A stretch of 64,000 bases of DNA, taken from NCBI RefSeq assembly GCF_036321535.1, contig NC_087437.1, positions 8,246,001-8,310,000 on the forward strand, read 5' to 3'. The notes below the pieces were generated by a model. The model was not told where the DNA came from. It worked only from the letters and a program-made list of their open reading frames with translations, and did no database searches. Positions within the stretch are counted from its first letter, which is position 1. Each line of letters begins with the position of its first letter. A program made the translations under genes and the position numbers. The stretch is from Camelus dromedarius. Its lineage: Eukaryota. Of this stretch, positions 34,625 to 48,497 are shown piece by piece.

Positions 34625-35460
34625 GTTTTTGTTTGGAAATACTCTCAAACTTACAGAAAAGTTACAAGTGTAGGACAGAGAAATCCTGTGTACTGTGTAT
34701 CTTTCGCCCAGATTCACCAACTGATAACATTTTGTCACACTTGATTTATCAGTTCTGCCTCTCTCTGTCTCTCTTTCATAAATATATATGTATTTTTTTT
34801 CTTCTAAACTATTTGCAAGTTACAAATATCATGCCCCTTTACTGACTTCAGCAGGTTATCTCCTAAGAACAGGAGTGTCCTCTTATTTATCCACAGCATA
34901 GTTATCAAAGTAAGGAGTTTTAACCTTGATGCACTAGTATTATCAGATCTACACGCCGTTTTCCATTTTGGCTCTCAGTCACGCGGTTCGTAGCACTTTG
35001 GGGCCATATCAGGGGCCACAAGGCTTTGGCCTCTCCCGTTGTTGCTGACGTCAAGTTCGATCCCTGGGTTAAGGCGGTGTTTATGATGTTTCTCCAAGGC
35101 AGTGTTACCATTTCTCCTTTTGTTTAAAAAATTAAAAAAAAAAAGTACTTTTATGGGGAGATGCTTTGAGACTATCTTGTCTTTATCAAAATTACATTCA
35201 CGAGGTTTTTAGCCTGTACAGGTGATTCTTCCCTGAATCAATTATTATATACGGGGTGCTTGCCCCCACCCCCCACCCCAACCCCAAACTTACATCATTC
35301 CTTCCTTATTTATTGGTTGACATTCATTCTCCGGTAAGGAAGAACTTTACCTTCTCCCCACGGATTCATGTATGCGTTTATTTTATTTTATCAGTGTGGA
35401 CTGAGATTATCTTGATTCTATCCAGTGGGTTACAATCCATCCCTGTCTTTTCATCATGCT
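34625..35460 (-). mobile_element. old L1 (L1MC-like) fragment
   Basis: aacttacagaaaagttacaa...cccagattcacca...tcctaagaacagga. Confidence 0.6.
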
Positions 35461-35600
35461 CACAGGGTCCCCATAGCTCTTATTTTAAAGATGACTTCTG
35501 TGTGCAGCTGGGTGGGGATGAGATGGTCTCACGTGCACTTGGTTCTCCGTTGCCTAAGAAAGAAGTCATTTAATAGCTTCTTTTCCTTTTCCTGGGGCAG

Positions 35601-35726
35601 TTATCAATCCACCTCCTGTGGCCGGGACGATTTCCTACAATTCCAATGCATCTTCCCTGGAGCAGCCGAATGGGGGCGGCCCCAGTCCTTCCTGTAAAGG
35701 TGCTTCTGGGCTTGAGGCAAACGCAG
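35601..35726 (+). CDS. KAT2B: KAT2B exon 8 (linker), 126 nt
   Basis: ggcag|TT ATC AAT...GCA G|gtaag; VINPPPVAGTISYNSNASSLEQPNGGGPSPSCKGASGLEANA; phases match neighbours. Confidence 0.93.
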
Positions 35727-35863
35727 GTAAGCTCTTGGAGGGCACAACCGAGGGCTGTGATTTGCCTTAGAAAGTCTGTCATCCCAGGAGTGCCAACTGT
35801 AGACTCAGACCACCTGCAGATGGTACCTGTCCAGGCTTTTCATGGCTGGAACTCACTCTGAGC

Positions 35864-36400
35864 TGTATTGGTTAGTTCTTGCTGTGTAACAAACCAGCTC
35901 AAAATGCAGAGTCTTAAAACCATAATGGTCTGTTATCACAGCTCACTCATCTCGTGTGCTGCCTGGGAGGTGGCTGATCCCAGCTGGTCTCCTTCAGGCT
36001 GGGCTTGTGTGTGTCTGCCTACTGACTGGGGCCTCTGTTCTGGGCTCGGCGAGGACACTTAGGCTGGAGCATCTCTGTTCCGCATAGTTCTCATCCTCCT
36101 TCTAGGATTACTGGATTACTTTCCTTTCCTTGGGGCAGTGTATGTCCTCATGGCGGTGGCACAAGCACCAGAGAGTGAGAAGAAATACAATTTCTTGAAG
36201 CCCACTCTCGGAACTGGTATACCAGCCTCCCCTCTGCTTAGACTCGTTTTTTGTCACGTCATTGAATCACATGGTCAGACTCAGAGTCAGGGAGTGGAGA
36301 AATACACTCTACTCCTTTTGTAGGAAGAGCTGCAGAATCACGTGGCAGGGTGTGGATACTGGCGGGGAGAGAACTCTGCCATGAATGGAAGCTGCCATGT
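35864..36400. mobile_element. MLT1-like MaLR LTR
   Basis: tgtattggttagttcttgctgtgtaacaaacc...gtcacatggtcagactcagagtcagggagtggagaaata-like segments. Confidence 0.6.
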
Positions 36401-37149
36401 GGGCAAAACCATCTCTTCATCCTAAAGGCATTTCACAGATGGAGAACGTTATGAAGGCAGCCAGCAAGCCAGTCTTGGGCACGGCCAGAGTTTGACATTA
36501 AAGACGTGGCATGAAAGGGGGAGAGAAGAGGTTTTCAGATGACGTGCTAAGCATTTAACATGCATGCCACCGCTCTCTTGCCCACTTCTAAGGGGAGACG
36601 TCACCAGTCAACCTGGAAGCTCTGCCAGGGAGCTTGGATGTGGCCTCAGATGCTTTCTTATTGCAACACTTAGCAATCTGCCCAGTTTGGGGCTTATTAG
36701 GTTTAAACCTCAGCTACAAAATAGATAGTTCACAATAGTATTCTTGGGGAATCGTGGGATTGGAAGGCTTGTTGGTCAAATGGTTAAAAATATTCTCACT
36801 CCCCTCCAGTAACAATGACTAAAAAGCTATAAAAACAAGAACTCGACAGAAGCTGTTTAGTAAGTAACACGTACTGCCTGGGGGTGCGTCTTACGTAGAG
36901 AAGATAGTTCGCTCTGCTCCTTTCTAACTGAAGGTCATGCTTACTGGGCTTCACACCTGAGGGACACATTAGATGCGAACACCTAGGGAATTTTAATTGT
37001 AAAAATAAATACGTTATGACAGAAGGGAGAACGAAAGGGAGAAACCAAACGTGACAGTAGAAAGGACAGAAAGCCACTGCGTCATCTAAGGAGGGAAGTG
37101 GGAGAAGGTTCTCCGTGCCTTTGCCTGGCCTTTCCCAGCTTGTGTCATG

Positions 37150-37830
37150 TTGACAGTGTCCCTGCTTCATCGGCCAGTGGCCCTGCTCACTTTGTGAGGC
37201 ATCGTTTTAAGGCAGGAAAGCATTGTGAGAGATAATGAGGGTCATTTTGTAATGCACAAATTAAATTTCACTAGCAAAATAAAACAGTTCATGAGTATAT
37301 GTCAAATAGATATAGACACATGTACATTGTATGCACCCACACACACACACACATACAAACATATATGAAAGAGAATTAACAGAACTACAAGGAGAAATAA
37401 TGAACTCAACCACTAGTTGAAGTCTTGAAGAAACATCTCTGGTTAATTCATTGATCAAGCAGACAAAACCGTGTGTAAGGACACAGAAGCTCTGCAAACA
37501 CGATCAACAGGTTTCATCTAATACATGTAGAGATCACTAAAAATCTGAAAACATATGTTCGTTGCAAGAAGACGCTTAGTTTACAAATAATTAATGAACA
37601 AATAATGGGTCAAATCTTAGGCCATAAAGCAAGTTTCAAAAACTGTTGACCTTTGGTATCACATGGACCACATCCTCTGGCCACAAAGGGACTATTAACC
37701 TCCAAGTTGGACACTAACAACCAGGAGGAACTAGACTCACCCCTTAACGTGCAAATGTAGGAACGCACCCCTCAGTAACGTGTATATTGAGTTAAAAAGT
37801 TACCAGGGTAAATAGAAACTGTTTAGGGCA
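37150..37830 (+). mobile_element. ancient L1 ORF2 (endonuclease region) remnant
   Basis: gggtcattttgtaatg...aacagaactacaaggagaaata...ttaggccataaagcaagtttcaa. Confidence 0.5.
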
Positions 37831-38023
37831 GATCTGTGGTTGGCGGGTCCTGGGACCACTTCCCTTCTCCCCACTTCCACTCCCGCCCTCCCCCGTCCAG
37901 GAGAGTTGACTTCCTGTTGACACCCAGCATTGCTACTAGAAAATTAGTTGGATTCACTGGCCTGTATTATTTGCTTTGTGTTTAAGATAACCCATCATTT
38001 GCTCTTTTATTTTGACTGTCAAG

Positions 38024-38160
38024 GAGAAAAGAGGAAAATGAATGACTCTCACGCTGCGGAGGAGGCCAAGAAACCCCGGGTGATGGGTGATATTCCCCTT
38101 GAATTGATCCACGAGGTCATGTCCACCATCACGGACCCCGCAGCGATGCTCGGGCCAGAG
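38024..38160 (+). CDS. KAT2B: KAT2B exon 9 (bipartite NLS), 137 nt
   Basis: gtcaag|GA GAA AAG...CCA GAG|gtcag; GEKRKMNDSHAAEEAKKPRVMGDIPLELIHEVMSTITDPAAMLGPE. Confidence 0.94.
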
Positions 38161-38681
38161 GTCAGCAGGGTGGACCTGGGCAGCCAGCTGGGGGACCCTT
38201 CTGCTCTCCGGGCCACCCCCGCTGTGGGGAATGGGGGTGGGGCTGCGGAGGGAGAGGGTGTTTATTCTACCTTGCTTTGCATTTTGCCTGGTGGTCGGGT
38301 TGGGGAGGGCGTGGAAATCGATGCTATCACATTACAGGGAGACATCCTCATGATCGCACACAGCTGAAGGCGTTCGTCCTCCTTCAAATTTCCATCTTGA
38401 AAAATTTAAGCCCTCCTAACTGTTGCAGAAATTCCCTGATAAAGATCTGCAGACTCTTTGTTTAGATTCCCCAGTTGTTAACATGCCCCATTCACTTTCC
38501 CTCTGTCTCTCTCTCTCCTGTGAACCATTTGGAGCCATTTCTAAATTACGTACAGAGGTCCTAACACTTCGCCCCTAACTATTTTTGCTTGTATCTCCTA
38601 AGACTGAGACTATTCATTTCCATGACCACAACGTGGTTATCACTACCAGAAAATTTAGCTATATTACCATATTATCTAATA

Positions 38682-39070
38682 CATGGGTTGGCAGTCTACA
38701 GCCGGCAGGCCAAATCCAGCACACTTGTTGGTTTTGGAAATAAAGGCTTATTGAAGTATATTGTCTGTGTCTGCCTTGCACAAGAGCAGATCTGAATAAT
38801 TAAGACGGGAGATGTGGTGGGGGAAGGCATAACTCAGTGGTAGAATGCATGCTTAGCATGCACAAGATCCTGGGTTCAATCCCCAGTACCTCCATTAAAA
38901 TAAATAAATCAAAATCTAAAAAAAAAAAAAAATTTAATTACCCATCTCCTCCTCACCACCAAATTTTTTTTTTAAACTTGAAAAAAAAAAAAAAAAAGGC
39001 TGGGGATCTATGTTCCACAAAGCCTAAGATATTTGTTATGTGGCCCTTTATAGAAAAGTTCGCTTAGACA
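38682..39070. mobile_element. MER58A-like DNA transposon with nested tRNA-SINE (38819-38997, plus)
   Basis: gggttggca...ggccaaatccagc...aataaag...gcctaagatattt...tggccctttatagaaaagtt. Confidence 0.75.
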
Positions 39071-40290
39071 GAGTTACAGTAGACCCTTGGTCTGTATACA
39101 GCCCACATCCAAATTCCCTGTAGATCCAAATTCTGTCCTTGATAACGTGTGTGGCTGTTGCTGAAGGATCAGCCACGGATCACGCATTACATGTAGTTCT
39201 TATCTTTTCATCTCCTTGGCTCCTTGACTCTAGAACCGTTCCCTAGTCCTCTTTTGGTCTTTTGTGGCCCTGCTGTTTGTTGAAGAGTCCGAGTCATTGG
39301 CTTTGCATGACGTCCCTCTGTTTGGATTTGTCTGTTTACTCGCGATTAGACTCAAGTGAAGCATTTTCAGGAAACGTACTGCTGTTATTTCATTGTGTCA
39401 CACCCAACAAAGCAGGTTAAGACATTTCTGACAGCTTCTGGGAAATGAAGAAACGGCTTGGAGATGATTTTGCATCTTTTAAAATCTTTTTAGTATGCTT
39501 CTGCCAGATTAAAGTACCAATTTTTAATTTGTCATGTTTCCTTAGAGATTTCTTTCATGCTATTGAGGATAATTCAGAGAACTGGAAAGTCATTAAGAGA
39601 AAGATCTTATAAAACTGCTCTTTCTGTTTCCTTTTAGAGAGCCAGCCCTGGGGACTTCAAACCACAGTACCTTTTGCATACTTGTCTTTCAGGGACTTAG
39701 TAACTTCACAGATTAGTTTAGCTCCGTTTTGTTCAGCCATAAAATGTGGGTGCAGTCACACATTTCAGAATTTGTTGGGTGTGTTTTTTAGGGTACTGGA
39801 ATGGACTTGTACTGGTGTGCATGAGGCCGCTATTAGGTTTTCAGGGATTCTGGGAGCTGGCTGTTAAATACCTCGGTAGCCTGAAATCAATCACGACGGC
39901 ATCTGGCCACCTGGGCAGCCGGCTGTAGACCAATGAAATGAGCAAATGCCACAAAGCATTTGGGGAGATCACAGTAGTATATGTGTACGTAGATGTTTGC
40001 AACAGATTAGGAGTCACCAAACTTTTTTTTTTTAAATAGGATTTTCTTTTCTTTCTTTCTTCCTCGGGGGTGCTGTATGTTGAACATGTATCTGCGCAGC
40101 ACTGAGCGGGTTAATAGGTTGTGCGGCCTGCTGTAGTTGAGAGTGGGTCCACAGGGGTCTTCTGCAAAGAATACTGTGCTCCGAAAAGAGGTACTGACAG
40201 GATAAACGTGACTGCCACTCTTGGGTCCAGAATGAGGATCTGTCACCCCGCGGGTGCTGTCAAGCTCAGCCAGGTGGGATTCCTCTAACT

Positions 40291-41033
<743 letters not shown>

Positions 41034-41775
41034 TAAGCCCTGCTTTGCTCTCCCTGCTTCCTTTTTCCCGTCTTAAACGAAAGAGGAACTACTCAGATAG
41101 CGAGAGTCCGCCTTCATCACCCGCCCCACCATGGATACACAGCGGCATGGCGGTAGTTGCCTTGGATACAAGCTTTTAGAGTAATTTCGCATCAAGTCAT
41201 CAGTTTTTTGACCATGAAGCTTTGTATTTTAAGTTACTGGTGACTGTCCTGTGCTTCATTCATTATAGAAATGAAGGAATAAAGACTCAGAAGATGTCCC
41301 ACTTTTTTCATAGTCTAAATGTTCTTGATTTTGGGATCTTAATCACGCGCCATTGTTGCCTGGGTCTGTGAGCAGGGGGAAGATTACTGGGGTATCAGAG
41401 AGGTTAACTCTGACCATCTGTTGCTTAAAAAAAAAAAACAACCTGCAAAAAACCACAAAAAAGTAAGCCTCCTTAATTGACTGTATTTTAACCTGAGAGC
41501 CTGGCACCCTGTGTGGACTGCGAGCCTTGCATGCGACTATCCAGAGAGCGAGCCTGGCAGGGGTCTGTAATGCAGGTTTTAGCAATTGTATGTGTGGACT
41601 TTGTTTTCTTTTCCATATTGTTTCTTGATATTTTTGAATGAGATAAAAACTCTTCAGAAATATAGCCACGTTTGGCTGTGACTCTGTGCTCTCCCGCTGG
41701 TCTCACCGTGGTTCTGTGGGAATCAGGGGTACCCTGTTCCACTCCCAGCGAGCACCTCCACACATGCTCTGTCAC

Positions 41776-41885
41776 TTTTTTTTTTTTTTTAAATAATGGA
41801 GGTACTGGGGATTGAACCCAGGACCTCGTGCATGCTAAGTACGCACTCTACCACCGAGCTATACCCTCGAGCTATACCCTCCCCC
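41776..41885 (-). mobile_element. tRNA-Ala-derived SINE with 13-nt head duplication
   Basis: (cgagctataccct)x2; TSD acac(a/g)tgctctgt 41760-41772 / 41888-41900. Confidence 0.9.
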
Positions 41886-42002
41886 TGACACGTGCTCTGT
41901 TCTTTATAAACCTCAGACCCTGCTTTGGTGACTGGCATTTTGTCCTTGGGAGCTCTGATGAAGTCTTGTGCAGGCAAGCTTGCTTTAAAAAGTCCACATT
42001 AA

Positions 42003-42452
<450 letters not shown>

Positions 42453-43224
42453 TGAGTGTGAATGTGAATGTGTAGGGCACATGCTTCCACAGACCAACAG
42501 CCAGGCTCTACTGGGCTGGGTTGGACTTTGGGGCAGGGTGCCGGGACACCACGCAGCCCCAGGTGCAACTCAGGAAGACTTTACAACAGGTGAAGGGATG
42601 CTTGAAAGTAAGTCTCAGTGCCGCTGATGGTTTACATGTGCACACATGCCTGGCGACACTACCCTCCGGAGTGGGAATGGTGCCCTGTGGATTAGGAGGA
42701 TGATTTAGGAGGCTTACACTTCAGGAAGATTTCTTAGGACCTTGTGTCTGAAGGGGGATGAAGACTAAAGAAATTCTGTAAGGAAAGTCATGAAAAATTT
42801 GAATAAATTAATGACCGAGTTTCCGAAATACTCATGCAGGGTGTGGAACGTGGGTTTTTTGGAGTGTGTGTGTGTGTGTTCGTGCACGCGCGTGTTCATG
42901 TGTGTGTGGCTGGCCTGCCTGCCCACCTGGCCTTGACTCAGGTCCTTTCCTCCTCTGGACCCAGAATGTCCGTCCCATCGATGCCGCAGTTGGCATTGCA
43001 GTCCGACTGGAATAAAGGAGTCTCTCAGTTGGCAGAAAGGTCTGGATTATGTTGTGTTCTCCTCTGCTGCTTTTATGAAAGTGGAACCAGAAATATGTCT
43101 TCAGACTATTATTCATCGGTATTTTCGGAGCCCTAAAATCACGAGCAAGCAGTAGAAAGATAAGCAGCTCAGAGTTGGATGACTGAAAAAAATGACTGGA
43201 AGGTATAAGGGCCCGTCGACCAGT

Positions 43225-43495
43225 GAACTACACTGTGATGTGCAAATGGGAGCCATGTGTGTGATTTTAAATTTTCTAGTAGCTAAGTCGAAAAAAAAAA
43301 ACAAATGAAAATAGGCGATCACTTCTACAAATATATTTTATTTTTCTCAATATATCCATGGTGACAGGCACTCAGCGTCAGAGTTACTGAGACATTTTAC
43401 ACCCTTCGATTTGTCCTATGAGTGTATTTACATCCTTTGATCTGTGCTGAGTCTCTTGCACGCATCTCTGTATGGACTCGCCACGTTTCACGTGC
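43225..43495 (+). mobile_element. MER33-like DNA transposon
   Basis: gagcca...gtgattttaaattttctagtagc...gacattttaca...ggactcgccacgtttc. Confidence 0.6.
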
Positions 43496-44894
43496 GCCCT
43501 GGGCTTGGACAGTGAGGGTCCAAGGATGTTGTCGCCTTCTTCCACTACAGTGAAGCAGTGCTGTTTACAAGACCCAACAGTGAGCAGCTGGAAGGGCCCC
43601 TGCCCGGCGGGGGCTGCAGCCGGTGCGGTGGGTGTTGCGCCTTCATTAACAGCTCTTCTCTGTGCACGTCCCAGTGCCAGTTACAGCGGCTGCGATTTAT
43701 TCTCTCAGGGCACGGACGGGGCTTCTGTCTTTGACTCAGGGTACGAAGCATCAAAGGGCAAACAAAATCCATCCATCTCACATTCATCATTCTGACCGGG
43801 GAAGGTGAGGGCCGGACTTTGCTGGAAACTGGTGTCTGGCTCTCTTGCAAGGAATTTTGACAGCGTGTCTTTAGATGGGGCTGTTGCTGTGCGTACCGTG
43901 TTTTTCTCTCCTCCTCGCCCAAGTCAGAAACAATTCCAAGCGTCCAGGATTTAGGAATTTACTTAAGAGGAAAATTTTGTCTGGGTTTTCATAGGGAGAG
44001 GAGCTGGAAAATATGTCTTTGGTTTATAATTTCAGAAAAAGATGGCATAATTTTTGTTTGCAAAGCAAGCTACACCAAGCAGCTTGTTTGGAAAGGTTGG
44101 TTAAGGTTACCTTGGACACTTTGAGGATACAAGAGGGAAACTAAAGGTGTTTAATAATGAATTGGATGCTTTGTCTTATTACTTCCCAGAAGGGCAATTT
44201 ATTTTTTTGCCCCCAAATTACGTAATTTTCTAAAGACTTGAAGAAAGGTGGCCAAACATCACAAACTGAGTAGGAAAAACTAAAAAAAGAGAAAAAAAAC
44301 ACTTTAAAAAAAAAGTGAGTTGAAACTGTAGTTTTAGAAAATGAAGATGAGTCTTTCAAAACTGAGTAGAATGGATGAGTCAGGGAAGCCAGTGCTGGGA
44401 GCACGTATTTGTGAAAACAGCAAGTTCATAAGTGGAGGTTTAAAATTTTTCTGTAATATAGTCAAAGTCTTGGCTAAATGATACTTTAACATTTGCATCC
44501 ACTCATTTTGGAGAATTAAGCTTCTGTACAAATTCCTGTGAATGTTTTAAACAAGGTTTATTTGTGAATTTACCTTGGTCAGAGAACACACAGGATAACA
44601 TTTGAGAATTTACTTTAAACTCACCTGGTTTTAGAATAGCTTGTCTAAGAACTATTTGGATTTGATATTACATGCAATACTACATACAATACATGCATAA
44701 CTAATACCATAATAAATACTGTTATAACCATTGAAGTTACCAGGTGGATTTGGAAAGGAATCATTTCGGTGACAGTTAAAAATAAAAGCATAACAAATAA
44801 GGGAAATAGTTCTGGGGTGAAAATCTGAACATTTGCATATAACAGCTTAACGCTGTTAATATGTCTTTAACCGAGGAATGAATTGTTGATTGAT

Positions 44895-45416
44895 TTAATT
44901 GAAGTATAGTTGATTTATAATGTTGTGTTAGTAGTTTCTGGCGTTCAGCATAGTGATTCGGTCATATATACGTATATATATATATACGTATATATGCACA
45001 TTCTTTTTTTAACTTCATTTTTTTTTGAAGTGTAGCTGATTTACAGTGTTGGTTTCAGGTGCACAGCAAAGTGGCTCAGTTATACATATACATACATACA
45101 TATATTTTCAGATTATTTTCCATTATAGCTTATTACAAGCTATTAAATATAGTTCCCTGTGCTACACAGTAGGACCTTGTTGATTATGTATATATAGTAG
45201 TGTGTATCTGCTAATCCTGAACTCCTAATTTATCCTTCCCTACCCCTTTCCCCTTTGGTCACCATAAGCTTGTTTTCTACATCTGTGAGTCTGTTTCTGT
45301 TTTGTAAATGAGTTCATCTGTCTGATTTTTTTAAAATTTCATATACGTGATACTTGTCCTTCTCTGTCTGATTTACTTCACTTAGTACGATCATCTCTAG
45401 GCCCATCCATGTTGCC
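44895..45416 (-). mobile_element. two tandem L1 3' fragments
   Basis: two ttgaagt(a/g)tag heads (~44900, ~45025), L1 3'UTR to cccatccatgttgc. Confidence 0.8.
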
Positions 45417-45744
45417 AGGGACATATTTGAGCATCCACTCCTGCCAGTCACAGTACTAGACACAGAGAGGGTTCGAGTGAAAAGACACAGCCCCTACTCA
45501 CATGCACCTGGAACCTGGAAACTGTCTTTGGAGAGGTGACGAGTTAGTGGCCACTGATGGAGAATCTCTTATGTAGGTTTTGGGAAGCTGTTTACTAAAG
45601 AACCGTTATTGTTCTTGAGGAAAATCTTTGGATTGTGGGTGAAGGGGAGAAAATGTATAGGTCTGTGAACTCCTTGCAGGGTGGTGTACACAGTGAAAGC
45701 CGAGCTCTCTTCATCAACCACATCTATGTTAAAGCGAGTTTCTT

Positions 45745-46094
45745 CAGAAGATACATTTCTACTGTATATAAAATAGGTAAATGACAAGGTCCTAGTGTAC
45801 AGCACAGGGAGCTATATTCTGTATCTTGTAATAACCTATAATGGAAAAGAATCTGAAACAGAATATATATATATAAACTGAATCACTATGCTGTACACCA
45901 GAAATTAACACAACACTGTAAATCAACTATACTTCAATTTTTTTTGAGGTGGGAGGAAGGGTAATTAGGTTTATTTATTTATTTTTAGAAGAGGTACTGG
46001 GGATTGAACCTAGGACCTCGTGCATGCTAAGTGTGCACTCTACTACTTGAGCTATATCCTCCCCCCACTGACTATACTGCAATTAAAAAAAAAA
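45745..46094 (+). mobile_element. L1 3'UTR fragment with tRNA-SINE (45940-46067, minus) inserted in its tail
   Basis: acaaggtcctagtgtacagcacaggga...; SINE TSD actatact(t/g)caatt 45926-45939 / 46071-46084. Confidence 0.82.
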
Positions 46095-46589
46095 GAGGTG
46101 CATTTCTTACTGATTCCTAGACATTGCTATTCCCGTGCACAGATAGTTCCCTCAACTAGCCAACCCTTCTCTTTTCTTCAGTTTTTTTTTCTTTCACTTT
46201 TCTTTAAAAATAATGTTTAATGACATAGGTCATGCACAAGGACATTTTCAGATCAAGCAAAAATCCCTGTCACCCATCCCTATGCCATCCAACCACTGTC
46301 AGCCTGGTGTGCATCCTTCCAGGTGGTTCTCTGCTGACTCACGTATGTGGATGAGTACCTGTGTGTAAGAGGTTACTGTGTGGTGTGCTGTTCACATAAA
46401 CAGAATTCATCCTGTACCTAATTGGAAAAAAAAAACCCCAACACCTTTCCATTATATCTTAGGGGTCTTTCAGCTTTAGTGCATAAATGTGGTTATTTAA
46501 ATTTATATTTAGATCAACAAAAATTAAACACAATTAAAGTTTCAGTTTTTCAGTCACTCAGTACTCAGTAGCCACATGCAACTATGTTT

Positions 46590-46757
46590 CTTTTTTAGTT
46601 TAGTTTTTCTTTCTCTTTTTTTTGGGGGGGGGGGGCGGCCGGGTGGGGGAAGATAATTAGGTTTATTTATTTATTTTTAAATGGAAATGCTGGAATTGAA
46701 CCTAGGACCTCATGCATACTAAGCATACGCTTTCCCACCGAGTTCTACCCTTCCCTA
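46590..46757 (-). mobile_element. tRNA-derived SINE inside a MER3-like element (~46485-46840)
   Basis: ggaattgaacctaggacctcatgcatactaagcat; flanks agtagccacatg...ttggacggcatag. Confidence 0.7.
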
Positions 46758-46849
46758 CATGGGACGATGGCTGTCATTTTGGACGGCATAGATGAAGACT
46801 ATTTCCATCTTTGCAGAAATCCCTTTTGAATGTGCTGATATAGAGCTCT

Positions 46850-47560
46850 TTTATTCTTTTTATATAAATTTGCATAATGCAGAAAGACCGTAATTTGTGC
46901 AATCATTCCCTATTGAAGGCATTCATGTTTATTTCCAGTTATTTTCTATCACAAACAGTGCTCTGTTTGGAAATGATTTCTAGACACCGAGAAGCAGCAT
47001 TGTTACATGAATGAATATGGCCACAGTCTCAATTTTAAAAATTATGTCTAGATCACCCTTCTCAGTGGGTTTTCTAATTTACACTTGCCCCAGTGGTGGT
47101 GGAGAGTACCATTTTGCCTGTCCCACTGACACTGGGTATCATCAGCCTTAAAGAAATTTGCATACTGCTGAGTGAGATATTCCATCTCCTGATGGAGTGC
47201 CCTGATTACTACCGGGATCGAATATCTTTTTTATATTTATTGGTTATACTTATTGCTTGTTCCTTTGATGATTTATCTTATAGGCTGTCTCTCTCTTTTT
47301 GCAATGATTCTGTAGAAGATTCTTGATGTCTGTTTCTTGTATCTCTTACACCTGTACCCTCCCTGTTTGTCATGTGTCTTTTGTTTATGGTATCTTAGTT
47401 CGCTTATGAATTCTTTAGGTCTTAAACTTTGAAGTTGTCTCCTTAATAATCAGTCCTTTCCTTTATGCTTTTGCATTTTATATTTTCTTTAAGAAGTCTT
47501 TTTGTATCCCTAGGTTATAAACCCACTTTCTTGTTATCTTTTTAAAATACTTTTGTGTAG
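46850..47560 (-). mobile_element. ancient L1 (L1ME-like) remnant
   Basis: caatcattccctattgaaggcatt...ttccagt...aatttacactt...cactgacactgggta. Confidence 0.5.
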
Positions 47561-48197
47561 GTTAAGTTTTCCATACATAAATGTATGGGTTTCCAGTCCA
47601 TCTTCTTACCTTGTTTTCCATTTGACAAAACTCCTTTAAGGCATAGCTTACCTTCTCCCTCTTAATTATCTGACACTATTGTTCGTTACTTCCTCATGTC
47701 TTCTGGCTCACTCAGAGGTTTGGGGCTTCTCAGATCTTGCTTGGAAAGGTCTGAGAAGACCAAGTGGAAAATCCTGTGCACATGATGGTACAGTTCTGTG
47801 GAAGGACGGCTGATTTGGAGTCTTTGCAGGAAAACACTTGAGTTAGTTAATATCCTAGTAGAGATCAGCACTTCTCACTTACGTGGATCTTTTCACCTCA
47901 GGTTCTCAAATACTTTGAAGATAAGCAGAAATTCATAATCAGTATTTACTCCAGAAGCCTCTTTATTTATCGATATCCAGCACGTAATCTCCAGGACCGA
48001 ACCAGCAGCTTGTAGCCTCGGTGTGTTCTTCTCGAAGAGCCAGAAACTTGTTTTTGCAAATGATGACCGTAGTTCAGTTCAAGGAGTTAGAACATTTTGG
48101 TTCTGTATCTCGTTTTCAAAGTTGGGAAATGCAGCAGAGGGTGTTAGTACTATATTGGTAATAACAGTCTCTTAAATTTGCCAGTATTTTCCAGTGA

Positions 48198-48497
<300 letters not shown>

